Shown here in pieces: positions 13,872-29,240 of a stretch of 64,000 nt of DNA. How positions within the stretch are numbered: position 1 is the first letter of the stretch; every line of letters starts with the position of its first letter. The notes beneath the pieces are model-generated. The model did not search any database, had not been told where the DNA came from, and was given only the letters and a program-made list of their open reading frames with translations. The stretch is from Octopus vulgaris (lineage: Eukaryota). The DNA lies in assembly GCA_951406725.2 (NCBI GenBank), contig OX597825.1:68758001-68822000 (forward strand), written 5' to 3'. Made by a program: the position numbers and the translations under genes.

Positions 13872-14021
13872 CATACACATATATATATGCATATATATAT
13901 ACATATATATATATACATATATCTATCTATCTATCTATCTATATATATATATATATATATCTATATCTATATATATACATATATATACATATACATACAT
14001 ACATATATATATATATGTGTG

Positions 14022-14108
<87 letters not shown>

Positions 14109-14952
14109 ATATCTAATGTACGATAAAATTTTTTCGAAAAAAATTTATCAATGGCTAGCATATTAAAAAAATGCCTTTAAAGGTTAAATCTATAAACAAC
14201 TTATGAATAAGTGCAAACGAAAAAATTTCTAATGCCAAATATGCCGGAATTGGACACATTGTCCATAACCATATACTTTTTCACAATATACACGCTACTC
14301 GAAAAAGGTCGACAGAAACTTCTAAAAGATTCCATTACTACCATATTGGACCGATTTCAGGGTTAGTTCATAAGAACCCTCCCTTTGTCAGTGATAAATG
14401 TGGCAAAGAAATAAATGAGATACTTACTCATACCCATGGAAGAAGCAAACACTAAGTCATGAGCACAATTAAGTACCCCAAATACATCCAAAATAGAAAT
14501 TCTCCAGCCCATTCGAGACACGCGCGATTTGAACTGGAGTCCGGAAGTGAACACTATTAAATTTATATCTACCAAATCGGCAAAAGAAACCGATAGAATA
14601 AGTACTATGCTTCCAAAGAATAAGTCCTGGGGTCGATTTGCTCGACTAAAGGCAGTGCTCCAGTATGGCCAGAGTCAAATGACTGAAGCAAGTAAAAGAG
14701 TAAAGAGTACTTCGAACCATGAGTGTGTGTGTGTGAAGAGAATTGTATCTTATAAGTTATGTACAAAATTAATTAAATCTCACAATTAAGAAAATCCTAA
14801 AATCATTGTTTTATGTGTGGAAAACATTTATTACAGCTTCATGACTCTCATGAAATACATTTTAAATAGATTGTATTTTTCTCAATTTCATAAATAATCA
14901 TTAAACGAGAAGATATATTAGAAACGTAATTAAACATAATTAAATAGAACTA

Positions 14953-15490
<538 letters not shown>

Positions 15491-15500
15491 GAATATATAT

Positions 15501-15545
<45 letters not shown>

Positions 15546-15709
15546 AATATGTGTATGTATATATATGTGTGTGTGTGTGTGTGTATATGGCAGTAAAGGT
15601 GTATAGGTGCTTTAGTTTATTTCAAGTTCTCAAAAATAGTGCCAATATGGTGGTGGGTGATTGTGAGTGTTCGTATTTTATTTGGGTATGCATATAAGAG
15701 ACATTGTTC

Positions 15710-15794
<85 letters not shown>

Positions 15795-16053
15795 CTTATA
15801 CATATGTATATGGATCTTTATACAATGAAATTGCCAGACTGAAACTACAAAAACCCATCGTAAACACACACGTACACACACATAGGCACACATAGACACA
15901 CACACGCACACACATGCGCGCGTGCGCCTTACTGGCGTGCGTGTCTCAGTAACTGTCAAGCGGATTTCGCTTGTTTACCTTCTTGTAACCTGGCTGTTCG
16001 GCAAAAAGATCCCACAGAATAAACATTCAGCTTAACGGTAAATACTGGGGCTG

Positions 16054-16133
<80 letters not shown>

Positions 16134-16136
<3 letters not shown>

Positions 16137-16975
16137 GGGTGCGATGGGTAAATTGTCGCCATTTTATATTTTTTATTTAGCGCATGTGTAATGTTTGTTT
16201 TTGATTTTGTCGACTACACAGCATAGTAGTTTCACTTCGGCACCGTCTGTGAGAAAAACAGCACTATGACGCAATTCACTCCGCTAGAAATTTGGAAATG
16301 ACAAGCTGTACTGCTTGGCATTCGTACCGGAAGCCCCAATGCGAACATTTCAGTGTTTGGGTGTCAATCTGAGGGCAGTGAAACCTGAGGACATGTACCG
16401 AGAGGGATAAAAATCAAACATCTAATCAGCATCATGGTGTTTGGTGTGATCAGTAGTGATGGCGATGTTATGCTTCCATTCATATTCCTACACGGCCTCA
16501 CACTCAATGCGGAGGCCTACGTCAAGTGCCTGGAGTGTTGCCCTGGATCAAAAGGATGGCTCCTGGAACACCCTATGTCTGGCAACAGGGCTCTGCACCA
16601 TGCCACACAGACAGGAGAGCACTACCCCTAACATCTAGCCACCTAACTCCCCAGATTGCTATCTCCTTGATTATTATGTGTGGGTGGGCACAGTTGAGCG
16701 AGAGACCAACAAAACTCCTTGTTACACCGAAGATGAACTGAAGGCAAGAATTATGGCAGCATTCACCACCTTAAACAAGGACACCGTCCAGAAGAGTTAC
16801 AAGAGATTCCGAAGTCTTCTGGAGGCCATGGTTGTAGCAAATGGCGATTTTATTGAATAAATTTACTCTTTACTATTTCAAGACATTTTTATGTCATTTT
16901 GGTAAATATATCTGTTAAAATGAGATATTGTTATTTTCGTTTTTGCGTAATTTAGACGACAGTGTATTCATCGCA
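16134..16975 (+). mobile_element. Tc1/mariner (maT, DD37D-type) transposon, internally deleted
   Basis: Imperfect TIRs (GGGTGCGATGGGTAAATTGTCG versus reverse complement TGCGATGAATACACTGTCG). Peptide pieces MVFGVISSDGDVM, YVWQQGSAPCHT, PPNSPDC.LLDYY, RFRSLLEAMVVANGDFIE*. Confidence 0.88.
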
Positions 16976-17304
16976 TATATATAACACAAGATTATAAAGT
17001 TTCTGACTCTGAATAAATGACATAGAAACTTTTCGATTATAAATTATAATTTCTAATTAAATTTAAAAGCTGAAATATAAATTTTTCATAATATATTTCA
17101 TTATTCATTTCATTGTATATCTGCGTATGTGTGAATTTATGGAAATATTAAAGAATCACAATGAGATATACCATGTAATTAAAACTTCGTATAAAACAGT
17201 AAAAATTTGTCTGGTTTAATATATTTTTTAATGAGCAATAAATTGTCAATAAATTATCGGGCTGAAAACCGGCTTTATTACAATTTATGCAAATTTTATA
17301 ACAT

Positions 17305-18150
17305 AGGGGCAGGCATTTTGTACGTGGTTAAGAAGTTCGCTTTGCAATCATATGGTTTCAGAGTCAGTCCCACTGTAAGCCATCTTTGGCAAGCGTTTCT
17401 GCTACAGCCCCGCACCGACCAATGCATTGTCAATGAATTTCGTAAACGGAAACTTTGTGGAATCCTGGCGTGGGTGTGTTTGTGTTTGTGTATGTACGTG
17501 TGTGTATTTGTGTGTAAATTTGTCACCCACCAACGCTCGGCAACCGGTGTGCGTTTGTCTACGTCTCCCTAACGTACCGGTTCTGTTACTTGTTTCAGTC
17601 ATTTGACTGCGGCCATGCTGGAGCACCACATTAAGGAATTTTAGTCGAAGAAATCTTTGTAAGCCTAGTATTTATTCTATCAGTTTCTTTTGCCGAACCG
17701 CCAAGTTACGGGGACGTAAACACACCAACATCGGTTGTTAAGCGATGGTGTGTGTATGTAGGAGACAAACACACAAATACACACACACATAGAATTGGCT
17801 TCTTGCAGTTTCCAAATCCATTCACAAGGCTTTGGTTAGCCTGAGGCTATAGTAGAAGACACTTGCTCAAAGTGCCACGCAGTGGGACTGAACCCGGAAC
17901 CATGTGGATGTGAAGCAAGCTTCTTACCACACAGCCACATAACCATGTATATATGTGTGTACGTGTGTATTTATCTTTTACTCGTTCCAGTAACTTGGAC
18001 TATGGCCATGCTGGGGCACCACCTTAGAGGAAACGACGTCATTCGACTTTTTTAAAGTCTGATATTTATTATATAGATCTGTTATGCCGAACCGCTAAGT
18101 TACGAAGATGTAAATAAATTAACACCTGTAATCAAGCTGGACATTTGCAA
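17305..18150. mobile_element. cluster of older SINE family A copies (+ about 17305-17580, - about 17585-17938, - partial about 17975-18150)
   Basis: Diverged family A motifs. Confidence 0.7.
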
Positions 18151-18244
18151 CACCAGCACGAAGAAACATGCGCACATACACGCGTGCATACACACACACT
18201 CAAAACACACATGTACACACACACATAGACATGCACATACATAT

Positions 18245-18432
18245 AGGGAGAGTTTACGAAAAAACAAAAGACGAAGACAGGTAGTGTACAAAACAAACAT
18301 ATGTATTAGTATAACGCTCAATAATAGAAAAAGTCTTTTACGTTTCGAGCCTACGATCTTCTACAGAAAAAACAAGGAGAGAAAAAAAGGAGAGAAAAAA
18401 TGTGTGTAGTGGCTAACGATCTATCATGGCGA
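18245..18432 (-). mobile_element. pLTR-like repeat with hammerhead-like motif (18335-18370)
   Basis: Homologous to 26025-26230 and 36985-37203. Minus strand: ttt-CTGTAGA-agatcgtaggctc-GAAA-CG-TA-aaag. Confidence 0.65.
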
Positions 18433-18433
18433 C

Positions 18434-18504
<71 letters not shown>

Positions 18505-18807
18505 CACATTGTATTGTATGTCAAGTATTCAGAAGCTTCGAGAGTTGTGAAATGGTTTTTTTAAACAGTGGGGCGCAAAGTAGTTCATAGAATCACCTGC
18601 AATTACTGGTCTTGCTGACAATACCAAGTTGCTGCAAAGTATGTAATGAGTTTGGAGAACCAAATACTTTTCTACTAAGAGTTGTCCATCTAAAAAAATA
18701 ATGAGCCAACGAAGGCTAAACAGCTGTTCACCAGCGCGGCGGGATATTGCACCTCATCCCCCACCAAGCTACTGCAAACTTAGCCAGAGCTACTTCTACT
18801 CTGAGAA

Positions 18808-19536
<729 letters not shown>

Positions 19537-20499
19537 CACATACACATACAAACATTCCTGCGAAGAGTACGTTAATATTGCAAGTGTCCTAGAGGGGTGA
19601 TTGGGGTGGAGCGATTAAACCACGGAAGCCATCAGCTGGCACAGGATCCATTTACTTGTGTTCAAGTTGTTTAGAGCCTGGTTCGTTGCATTGCATACTC
19701 CAAACACGGTCCACTGTGCTACTGTACAATGAAGAAAGGAAATTTAATTTTCATTTGAACAACAATGTTGCTATCAAGAACATATGACGTGATAGTGTGA
19801 AAATGATTGTGAAAAAGTGAAATAGCTTTAAACGAAATATTTAACTGAAAGTTATTCAATTTCTGTTAATTACTATTTTTTTTGCAACCAAGATAGGATT
19901 TTTGACATCTAACTGCGCATAAAAAGTGAAATATTTCATTATAGTCGAATTGTTTACAGACGTATTTTTCCAATTTTATTTACTTGGGGTTTAGATTATT
20001 TTCAATAATTTAAATCTACTTTTCGTTTCGTATATATTTTTTTTATACAATATCGTTTATTTACTTTTAATTATATTTTATTATTTATTTATATTTGTAT
20101 TTTTATTATGTTTTTAATGAAAATTTCAAGTTGAAACAAACAACCAAACACAAAATACTTCAGAAAAATGACAAGTTATCATAGCTACCAATAGAAAATG
20201 TGTTCCTCCAGAGGTTTGCGTTATAATTAATTAATATCTAGAAGTAAACAAAAAGAAAGATATGTTAAGATGCTTTCATGAAAATAAAGTAAATATTTTA
20301 TACTTGAAGTATTGCTTTTGAAACTTCTTGCATGTCGAAATTCAATTTAAATGAAATTAAAAACAAATTCTAATTATCGCCCGACAGCAAACTGGCGAAG
20401 TCGTTAGAATATTCGGTAGATCTTTTCCCTCGTGATATTTATTCTTACTTCGCAAAATATTGAAACTTCCGAAGCGGCGCCCCACTGCTGGATGCAGTT

Positions 20500-20894
20500 T
20501 ATAGGAGGTGGTGTCAAAAAGTTCCCGGACTTGTTCTGTAGCACAGCAACAGATGGCAGCACACGGTTGCGTGCGCAGTGAGAGCTAGCAGTGACCTTTG
20601 TCAGGCAGTGTACCGAGTGACATCGCTATGTTTTCTTCGCAAGTTGTGAAGTTCGTGTTTTTATGATTACATGTATGTTGTGGTCTGCGATTTATGTCAT
20701 GGAGAGGATGTTGGAACAGAGAGCCAATGTGAAATTTTAAACTAAACTTGATGGTTGTGGGAGGACGCTCTACTACAGAGAATATTGAGCATGCTTTGAC
20801 AATCTTACGGTGACGTGGCAATGGGTCGTACGCAATGTTTCGAGTGGCACGGGCACTTCAAAAGCGGAGCAACGTCCCTGGAAAACGATGAACG
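20500..20894 (+). mobile_element. mariner 5' fragment (TIR plus degraded N-terminal HTH)
   Basis: TIR-like GAGGTGGTGTCAAAAAGTTCCCGGACT. Peptide pieces LEQRANVKF, CFEWHGHFKSG.TSLENDER. Cut off by a SINE. Confidence 0.75.
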
Positions 20895-21165
20895 AGTCCG
20901 CGGTCGTAGGATCGCAGTTTCGATTCCCAGGCCGGGCGTTGTGAGTGTTTATTGAGCGAAAACACCTAAAGGTCCACGAGGCTCTAGCAGGGAGTGGTGG
21001 TGATCCCTGCTGTACTCTTTCGCCGCAACTTTCTCTCAATCTTTCTTCTGTTGGCCTGCCCGCTTAGCCAGCGGGGTGGCGTCATTTGAAGCTAAAATAC
21101 AATGCGAAGTGCATTGTGACCAGCGATGAGTAGCAACATCTGACTGCCTGGTCGGTCACGGAGAT
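20895..21165 (+). mobile_element. SINE family B (tail type iv), 5' end clipped
   Basis: Family B head and body to ...CAACTTTCTCTCA, followed by a 3' tail unlike the other B copies. Confidence 0.75.
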
Positions 21166-21166
21166 G

Positions 21167-21219
<53 letters not shown>

Positions 21220-21667
21220 TTCAGTATAATTATAGAATTATCATAAGGTCATTGGAACGACAACTCCTGTACGCTAGAAGTAGACCTCAAATGGTCTACA
21301 AACCACATAAGTTATTACTTCATTACCACAAGGTAGTATGCGAGAAAAATGGGTAGAAAAGATTTATACAATATTGTGGATAACACTATATCTTAAGATT
21401 TTACGGTTTGCGATATTAAAAACGATTTCCGCTCTTCAGTAGTGCAAACCGATGGTAAATAAATGAGAAATACATATTCTTACCATAGATATGCAGTCGT
21501 ACAAATACGAACAATATACATGCATTATTTCACATATATAAACGTAGTCAAATCCGAACGTCCATTTCAACCATGTGCTTATTTACTCAGAATAATCAGA
21601 ATAATTCTGCAGCTAATATGTTTGTGGCCACTGATAGATAGTTAAATAATGACCTTATCCAAATTAC

Positions 21668-21775
<108 letters not shown>

Positions 21776-21879
21776 TGTATGTATGTATGTATGTATGTAT
21801 GTATGTATGTATGTATATATATATATACATATATGTATTATAATATAATATATTATTATTAATATCAGGTAATCAATAC

Positions 21880-22300
21880 TACCATTCGTTAATTTATACA
21901 AATTTCACATTTGATATTTCTGAGGAGCAGAAGAGTTATCTATAACTATAAATCATTATCAATATAGGATTCCATTATTCTATATTATCTAAGTCTGTGA
22001 ACTATATTTGGAATACAGGACAATATAATGGATTTTACACATAACTATTATGGATTATTATAGAAGACTTACCAAGGAAGCATATATGAATTTAAAGACT
22101 CTCATACTAAAGTGTACTTACCAATATCAAAAGCAGTAATTTTTAATTTTTAATTTATATTTCAAACACCATTCGATAAATTATATAAATTTCAAATATT
22201 ATATCTCTGAAGAGCAGAAGATTTGTCTATAAATGCTTATCAATATACGATTCCATTATAGGGACAGCACTTCTGCGAAACTTAATTAAAAACTTAATTC
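21880..22300 (+). repeat. diverged tandem pair of pLTR-like units, each with a hammerhead-like core
   Basis: CTGAGGA-gcaga...tctgt-GAAC (21920-22002) and CTGAAGA-gcagaag...cttctgc-GAAA (22207-22280), with similar upstream sequence; period about 287 bp. Confidence 0.6.
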
Positions 22301-22587
22301 AAAACTTTTAAACTGTCATATTTATTATTATATATTTATACTTATATCTATTTACTTATATTTATATATATTTATATTTTTAATACAACAAATCTTTTAA
22401 ACACGTATATATCTTTCAGAAGAATTTTCTAATATTCATTTCCTGATATTAATAATAATATATTATAAAATATATATAATCATTCGTATTAAATAGATAA
22501 ATACTTAAATAGTATTAACACTTTGATACAATAGAGCAGTCGATATAAATTCAGTATATAATATTCCCATTGGATATATTTAAATAA

Positions 22588-22653
<66 letters not shown>

Positions 22654-22656
<3 letters not shown>

Positions 22657-22874
22657 TCTTTATTAGCCACACAGGGCTGCACACAGACGGGACAGATTAC
22701 AAAGTAGACCTTTTCTTTTTGGGAAAAACAGAAAGAAAAAAGGTGGGGTAGGTTTTCGATCAAAAGGGATCGTAAAAGGGAAAGAAGAAAAAAAAAGGAA
22801 AAGAAACAAAAGAAAAGAAAAAAGAAAAAAGAAGAGAAAAATAACGATCAGTAGGGATCGTGTATCACAGTGTC

Positions 22875-22875
<1 letters not shown>
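22654..22875 (-). mobile_element. 3' UTR fragment of the same Tx1/L1-type LINE family
   Basis: Reverse complement ends ...TGTGTGCAGCCCTGTGTGGCTAATAAAGAAAC, as at 2666-2696; (TA)n on both sides. Confidence 0.88.
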
Positions 22876-22911
<36 letters not shown>

Positions 22912-23919
22912 AATGTTGTGGCATCGGAACTGTCCGAAGACGAAACGATGGATAATAGTGCACTGATCGAAATAAAATAGGTAAAAACAAAATAAAGAAA
23001 TAATGAAAATAAAGATATTTTGTTGCAGACTAGAAAAAAAAACCCATCTTATCTCGGATTGAAATAATACAAAGATATTTGACACACATGAGCTTTTTTC
23101 AGTATTTTTGTAATGCAGAATAAATGAAGAGAAACAATATGGAAACCTACTTTGATATGTGAAGTGATACACTTATTCTGAACATATTCCGTACATTCTA
23201 TTGACCTAGTAAAAACAAAAAGCAAAAAGCAAAACAAGAACTACAGGGAGGCACTGAAGGAATATATTATTTGGTCGCATTGTCTTATATAAAGCACCTC
23301 TAAGTGATTTTACACTGCACTTTTAAAAAAGAAGTCTTTTCGCCGAAACAGTAGTACATTCTATTGACAAAAAGCTTTAACGTAGGAATAATTCGGATAT
23401 ACGTTTCGACGACTATTCTTTTAAAGAATTTATAGTTAGTTCGTGTGATGTATGTCTGCAACACACACACACACACACACACAAAATAGTCTCATTTCAG
23501 TTTCCGTCTCCCAAACCCACTCACAAGGTCGGCGCGAGGCTATAGTACAAGACACTTGCTCAAGGTGCCACGCAGTAGGACTGAACTCGGAACCATGTCG
23601 TTGGGAAGCAAGCTACTTACTACACAGCCACACCTGCAAACAGATCGACCTCAGTTCCTATTTTTTAAAGTCTATTACTTGTTGTGTAGGTCTTTTCCGT
23701 CAAACTGCTAAGTTAGGGGAAAATGAACAAACCAGCACCGGCTGTCAAGCAATGTAAGGGACAAACACAAATACATAGAGATATATATACATAAATACAC
23801 ACACGCCATATGTATAATTATACATACACATAAATATAAATGGTTTCCACACAGTCTCCGCTAAATATTCTACAAATGCGCTTGTTCATGCTGCTGCAAC
23901 TATTACTGTTACTACGACT

Positions 23920-24342
23920 GCTACCACCACCACCATCACCACCACTACCACCACCACCACCACCACCGCCACCACCACCACCGCCGCCACCACCACCGCC
24001 ACCGCCACCACCACCACTACAACCACCACCACTACTGCCACAACCGCCGCCGCCACCGCCGCCGCCACCACCACCACCGTCACTACCACCACCACCACCA
24101 CCACCGCCGACGCCCTGCCGCCGCTGCCGCCGCTGCCGCCGCCGCACTACCGCTGCCTACTACTGCCGCCGCTGCCGCCGCTGCCGCCGCTGCCGCCGCT
24201 GCCGCCGCTGCCGCCGCTGCCGCCGCTACTCCGCTACTACTACTGCCGCCGCTACTACTCCGCTGCCGCCGCTGCCGCTGCCGCTGCCGCTGCCGCCGCT
24301 GCCGCCGCTGCCGCCGCCGCTACTATACTACTACTACTACTA
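23920..24342. repeat. GC-rich triplet repeat (CCA/CCG/CTG/CTA)n
   Basis: Read directly. Confidence 0.9.
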
Positions 24343-24374
24343 CGTATATACATCTACTATTGATGGTTTGAAAG

Positions 24375-24565
24375 ACTGAGACAAGGCCGGTAAGATGGGG
24401 GAGGTGGTGAGTCGATTACATCTACCCCATTGCTCAACTGGTACGTATTTTATCGACCCCAAAAAAGATGAAATGTAAAGTCTTCCTCGGCTGAATTTGA
24501 ACTCAGAACGTAAAGACAGATGAAATGCCGCTAGGCGTGCTAACGATCCTGCCTGCTAGCCGCCT
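24375..24565 (-). mobile_element. SINE family C
   Basis: Family C motifs. Other copies at about 29625-29790 (-), 34995-35185 (-), 47540-47730 (+) and 50860-51075 (+). Confidence 0.75.
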
Positions 24566-24964
24566 TTATACAATTGTGAATAGTAGTATACCGCGATGAA
24601 GATGAGAATCAGAATGTTTACCTAGAGTGAGAAACGAGAGTAATTGTTTTATATAATATATCAGTATTGTATCACACTTCATATACACCAACACACTGAC
24701 ATTTTATATATCAAGCCCATATAATTAATGAGAATAATTTAATTTCATTAAGTCCATTGTCGATCAAATCATTAAATTGTTTCTTATGATGTTTTAAAAT
24801 TTATCCACCTCGTCGAAGCGCTGGCTTCAATAGTTTAGAGAAATTTCTGTAGATATTATACTTTAACGTTAAGTGATTCGAACATCACTAATTGATAGAA
24901 CAGATATGTGGAAAATCAGATTTCAATAATTTTCGTGTAATACACACACGCACACACACACAGA

Positions 24965-25195
24965 CGGGGATGCATGTGGATTAGTGGATAGCGTGTTACA
25001 TTCATGATCATAAGGTTGTGGTTTCGATTTCTGGACCTGGCGATACGTCATCTTTTTGAGCAAAACACATCATATCATTTTGCTCCAGTCCATTCGGGTA
25101 GCAAAAATGAGTAAACCTGCCACGAATCGGCGTCTCGTTCAAGGAAGAATGATTATAAGTCACAGAATACAGGAAACCGGACAATGGGTCGGGGA
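24965..25195 (+). mobile_element. tRNA-derived SINE, V-like family (diverged)
   Basis: Head GTGGATTAGTGG...GTTTCGATTTC, then TTGAGCAAAACAC...TGCTCCAGTCCA...AAATGAGTA...GGCGTCTCGTTCA; homologous to 34718-34963. Confidence 0.7.
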
Positions 25196-25209
25196 TGACA
25201 GTTGAAGTT

Positions 25210-25276
<67 letters not shown>

Positions 25277-25517
25277 AAAGTCAAACTGTTATATATATAG
25301 TAGAAATATGTTACAAAAAGAAAATATAAAATACACGTGGAAATGTAAGGGTAAAATATGAAAAATCAACGAAAATGCACATTGTAAATAAAAAAAGGCT
25401 TTTTATGACAGGTAACGACAAATATATACATTTAGATAGACGGAGGTAGTAATAAGAGTCATAAAAGTCATTATTATGAGATGATTATAAGATGATATAT
25501 GTACATATACTTATGAG

Positions 25518-25559
25518 GTTTTCTGAAGAAGGGGTCCTAACCCTGGAATATTGAAAAAC
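25518..25559 (+). ncRNA. degenerate minimal hammerhead-like motif
   Basis: gtttt-CTGAAGA-agggg-tcctaa-ccct-GGAA-TA-TT-gaaaaac, inside an AT-rich segment flanked by (TA)n. Confidence 0.45.
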
Positions 25560-25655
25560 AAAGTAAAAGTGCAAACCATCGACTTGCCCTATTTGTTATA
25601 AGTTACATTGTTAAAAAATTAGGCCCATCTGTATCAGACAATGCTTCATACACAT

Positions 25656-25754
<99 letters not shown>

Positions 25755-25943
25755 CTGTGTGTCTATGTGTTACATATGTCCCTCTAGTGATGGCCTTTTG
25801 TATAAGGAAGATAATCATCCCTTTGTTACATGCAGTGGGATTAGGAATTCGAATTTGTAACCAAGGAGTTACGCGGAAGAAGATGCATAGTATTCTCATA
25901 CTGAAATTTTTGTGTGTGCCTATTGGATCTGTACACAAACACG

Positions 25944-25990
<47 letters not shown>

Positions 25991-26024
25991 GTATGTGTGT
26001 GTATATATATATATGTATATATAT

Positions 26025-26663
26025 AGTCGGAATTTACAAAAAACAAAACAAAACAAAACAATAGATGATGACGGGTATGTAAACAACAAACAGATGTATT
26101 AGTTTAACGCTCGGGAAGTGAGAAAGTCTTTTACGTTTCGAGCCTACGCTCTTCAACAGAAAGGAACATAGAAATAAGCAGAGAGAGAAAATAAAAAGGT
26201 TTAGTGGCTAGAGATCAATCATGGCGAATGTCGGACAGAGGTGGTCAGACAGGAGAGCTAGGAAGAAGGGGAGGTAATAAAGTAGTGGTGATCCCAAAAC
26301 GAAAGTGCGCGTGCGTGTGTGAGAGCGTGTATGTGCGTGTGGATAGCGGCTGGTGACCTTGACGTGTGCGTGTGTGCATGTGTAGGTGTATGGATGATGG
26401 TGTGGGTGCTGGGAAGTCGTCAGTGCTAGTGTGCGCGGGGTGGTGTGATGTGGTGGGGTGGGGTGTGGTATGGTGGTGGGGTATGTGGAAGTGGGATGTG
26501 AGGGTGGAGTGGGGTTGGAATGTGTAGGCGTGGGGTAACGATGGAGGGGTGACGATGAAAGGAGTGGGTGGAATGGAGAAGGTGGGTAGGAGTGAAGAGA
26601 GAGGAAGTAGGTGTTAGAGCACGAGAGGAGAGGTGAGGTGGGTGGGAGTGAAGGGAGGAAGGA

Positions 26664-26666
<3 letters not shown>
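26025..26666 (-). mobile_element. pLTR-like repeat with hammerhead-like motif (26128-26163)
   Basis: Minus strand: cttt-CTGTTGA-a-gagc-gtag-gctc-GAAA-CG-TA-aaag; bounded by (TA)n. Confidence 0.65.
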
Positions 26667-26701
<35 letters not shown>

Positions 26702-28480
26702 CGATGATTTATTTTCGACAGATTCCAAAGTAGATATGCTAGTCACTGTTGTGTACGGTCAGGAGAATAACATTTCCCTTTTACTACGACAATGTGTTCC
26801 TAACATATTCGGTTCATTGGAGAAAGGGTGTTTTGACATGTAATGTCTCGTAAGATAAGACTACTGGGACCTTTGAGCCTAAACATGCCACTGACTCGGT
26901 TTATGATTTTTAGCGAACAAAATGTTTGTTGATCAATGCTAAACGATAAAAAGATTTTCATTTGCACTGTATACAACGAGATCCGAAACGATTATTTGTA
27001 TATTTATTATTAATATGTTCCGTCAGATTCAGCTGAATAATATGTGTGATAATATGTGTGTGTGTTGTCTTGTGTTGTGTGCTTGTATGCATGTGTGAGG
27101 CTGTGTATCTTTTGCAGATATATCAGAAAATATCAGTGAAATATGGCGACATCGTAAACTTTGAACACGTCCTTGTCAATGTGGCCGGCCCGTTTGAAAA
27201 CCAGTAACAAACGACGTCGTTATTCCTCGATGATGATAAAATGGATTAAATATTTGCTGTTTATTCTTTAAGACGTTACCCTTACTACGTCCTTCCTTCC
27301 TTCTTTCCTTCCTTCCTTCCTTCCTTCCTTCCTTTCTTACTTCCTTCCTTCCTTCCTTAATGTAAATTAAACGACGTTCGACAAATATATTCATGACAAA
27401 CATTCACCTCTTCGACCCAAACATTCTCACGTTGTTCCACATTTAATTAAAATCATTCAATCTGGCATTTTGCTCCAAATGTAGTTTTAATGTCCACTTA
27501 ACGTTAAATAGGATAAAAAGTTAATTTACAGGCGAACTCGGACAAATAGTTCGATAACTGACAAAGAAATAAAACAAAACAACAAAAACTTCAGATAATA
27601 GCAACAAAAATCTCTCTTCTCGTCTTTATATTTCCTTCTTAAAAAAACGAAAAAAACAAAACAAAAACAATTTGCTGAAATCAAAACAGTTCCTACCACG
27701 ACTATCAGGCATCGATATTCAATAATATTCTTACAACACTGACTTGAATTTATTTATATTTTTTTGAATGTTTTATCGTCTGCTTTTCATTGAAGACATT
27801 ATCTCAATAAACATGAAGGAAAGTACGAACAACTCATCAAAATTTATTACATTTTTATTGTTACGTCTGCTGGGTTCATGTAATCATAAATACATTTTCT
27901 TTTCTCTTTCTGCAAGTTCAATCTGACAAGGGGTTATCCAAGATTATCACTAGCAATGTGGATCCGAGAGATGTTTTACTAAGCGTGTCGGTATGTTTAG
28001 ATGCTTATACAGACATGTCATTTCTCACTTAACAACCACCTTCTTCCATTGATATTTGCTGATATTTTCTCAACGAGAATTCTTGAAAATCAGATACAAA
28101 TAGGTGATGTTATTGAGTGAAATTTTGTCTGTGGCAAATAAGACAACGAAAAAGAGGAATTTCCGAAAGAATTCAATCAAAATTGGCTGTATATATTACA
28201 TTCAGGCTAACAACCAGCTGGATGAGAGTGACACCGAAGACATAGATAAGAGTAGTTTCAAGCAAATCACTGGAAACAGATAGATCGTCTGTTGACAATT
28301 GTTTTTACTTTGGAGTTTACTTTCGTTTGGTATAATTTTATTTGGTTTCGTTCAGACGTCAAGATGTTCAATAATGACGTTAACAATACAGCTATTGCAT
28401 TTACATTTGAATCAATATATAGCATAGATGAATTTTGTTTCTTTTATATCAGTTAGTTAGAAGGAAGAGAAGAAAAAGAT

Positions 28481-28516
<36 letters not shown>

Positions 28517-28654
28517 AAGAAAGAAAGAAGGAAAGAAAGAGAGGAATTATAATTTTTGCACACTTTCACTCCCGGACTGGTGATATTGACGCCTAAGATG
28601 ACTATCCAGAACAGCCGAACATTTGCAGAACAATAGCTGCAGGGAAAACCGTTA

Positions 28655-29240
28655 ATTAGCAATCGGTGGCTAGACAATCTATTCAGATTGGATAGGCTAC
28701 CGGTAGATAGGTTATCGATGGTAGGCGTTGATAGATAGGCAATTGGGGGTCTAGACAATTAAGGAGTAAGCAATCGGTGTGTAAATTATGGATGGGCAAT
28801 CGGGAGTATGCAGTTGGTAGTAATCGGTGATTATAAGATAGACAATTGGGAAGTAAGCAATCAGCGTGTAGGTAACCGGTGGGGTAGGCAACAGGTAGGA
28901 TAGGCAATCGGTGAATAGGTAATCGATGGGATGGGCAATCAAGGCATAAGCAATTGCGTGATTAGCAATTGGGGTATAGACAATCGGTGGAATAGACAAT
29001 CTGTGGGATAGACAACAGGAGGGATAGGCAACAGATAGGATAGACCATCGATGGAATAGGCAATCAGCGGATAGGTAATAGGTGGGATGGGCAATCAATT
29101 CATAGGCAATTGCGTGATTAGCAATCAGCATATAAACAATTAGTGTATTGGCAATCGGTGGGATAGGCAATCGATGGATAGACAATCAACAGAAGAAAAA
29201 GATCGGTAATCGGTGGGAAAGGTAATTAGTGGGTTAGGCA
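28655..29240. repeat. degenerate minisatellite, unit about GATAGGCAATCGGTGG
   Basis: The GCAATC/GCAATT core recurs at irregular spacing, roughly 16-18 bp. Confidence 0.8.

Noticed and set aside
18510-18800. Possible very old PLE endonuclease remnant (VVHRITC...)
   Set aside because: Too degraded to call by eye.
23818-24379. Poly-Pro / poly-Gly ORFs with a signal-peptide-like start
   Set aside because: Triplet-repeat DNA with no complex domain and no clear exon context.
27917-28282. Possible small exons (AG-TTCAATCTGACAAG...GTGTCG-GTATGT and CAG-GCTAACAACCAG...TAG)
   Set aside because: Splice-like signals exist but the short peptides are unrecognisable; cannot be supported without RNA-seq.
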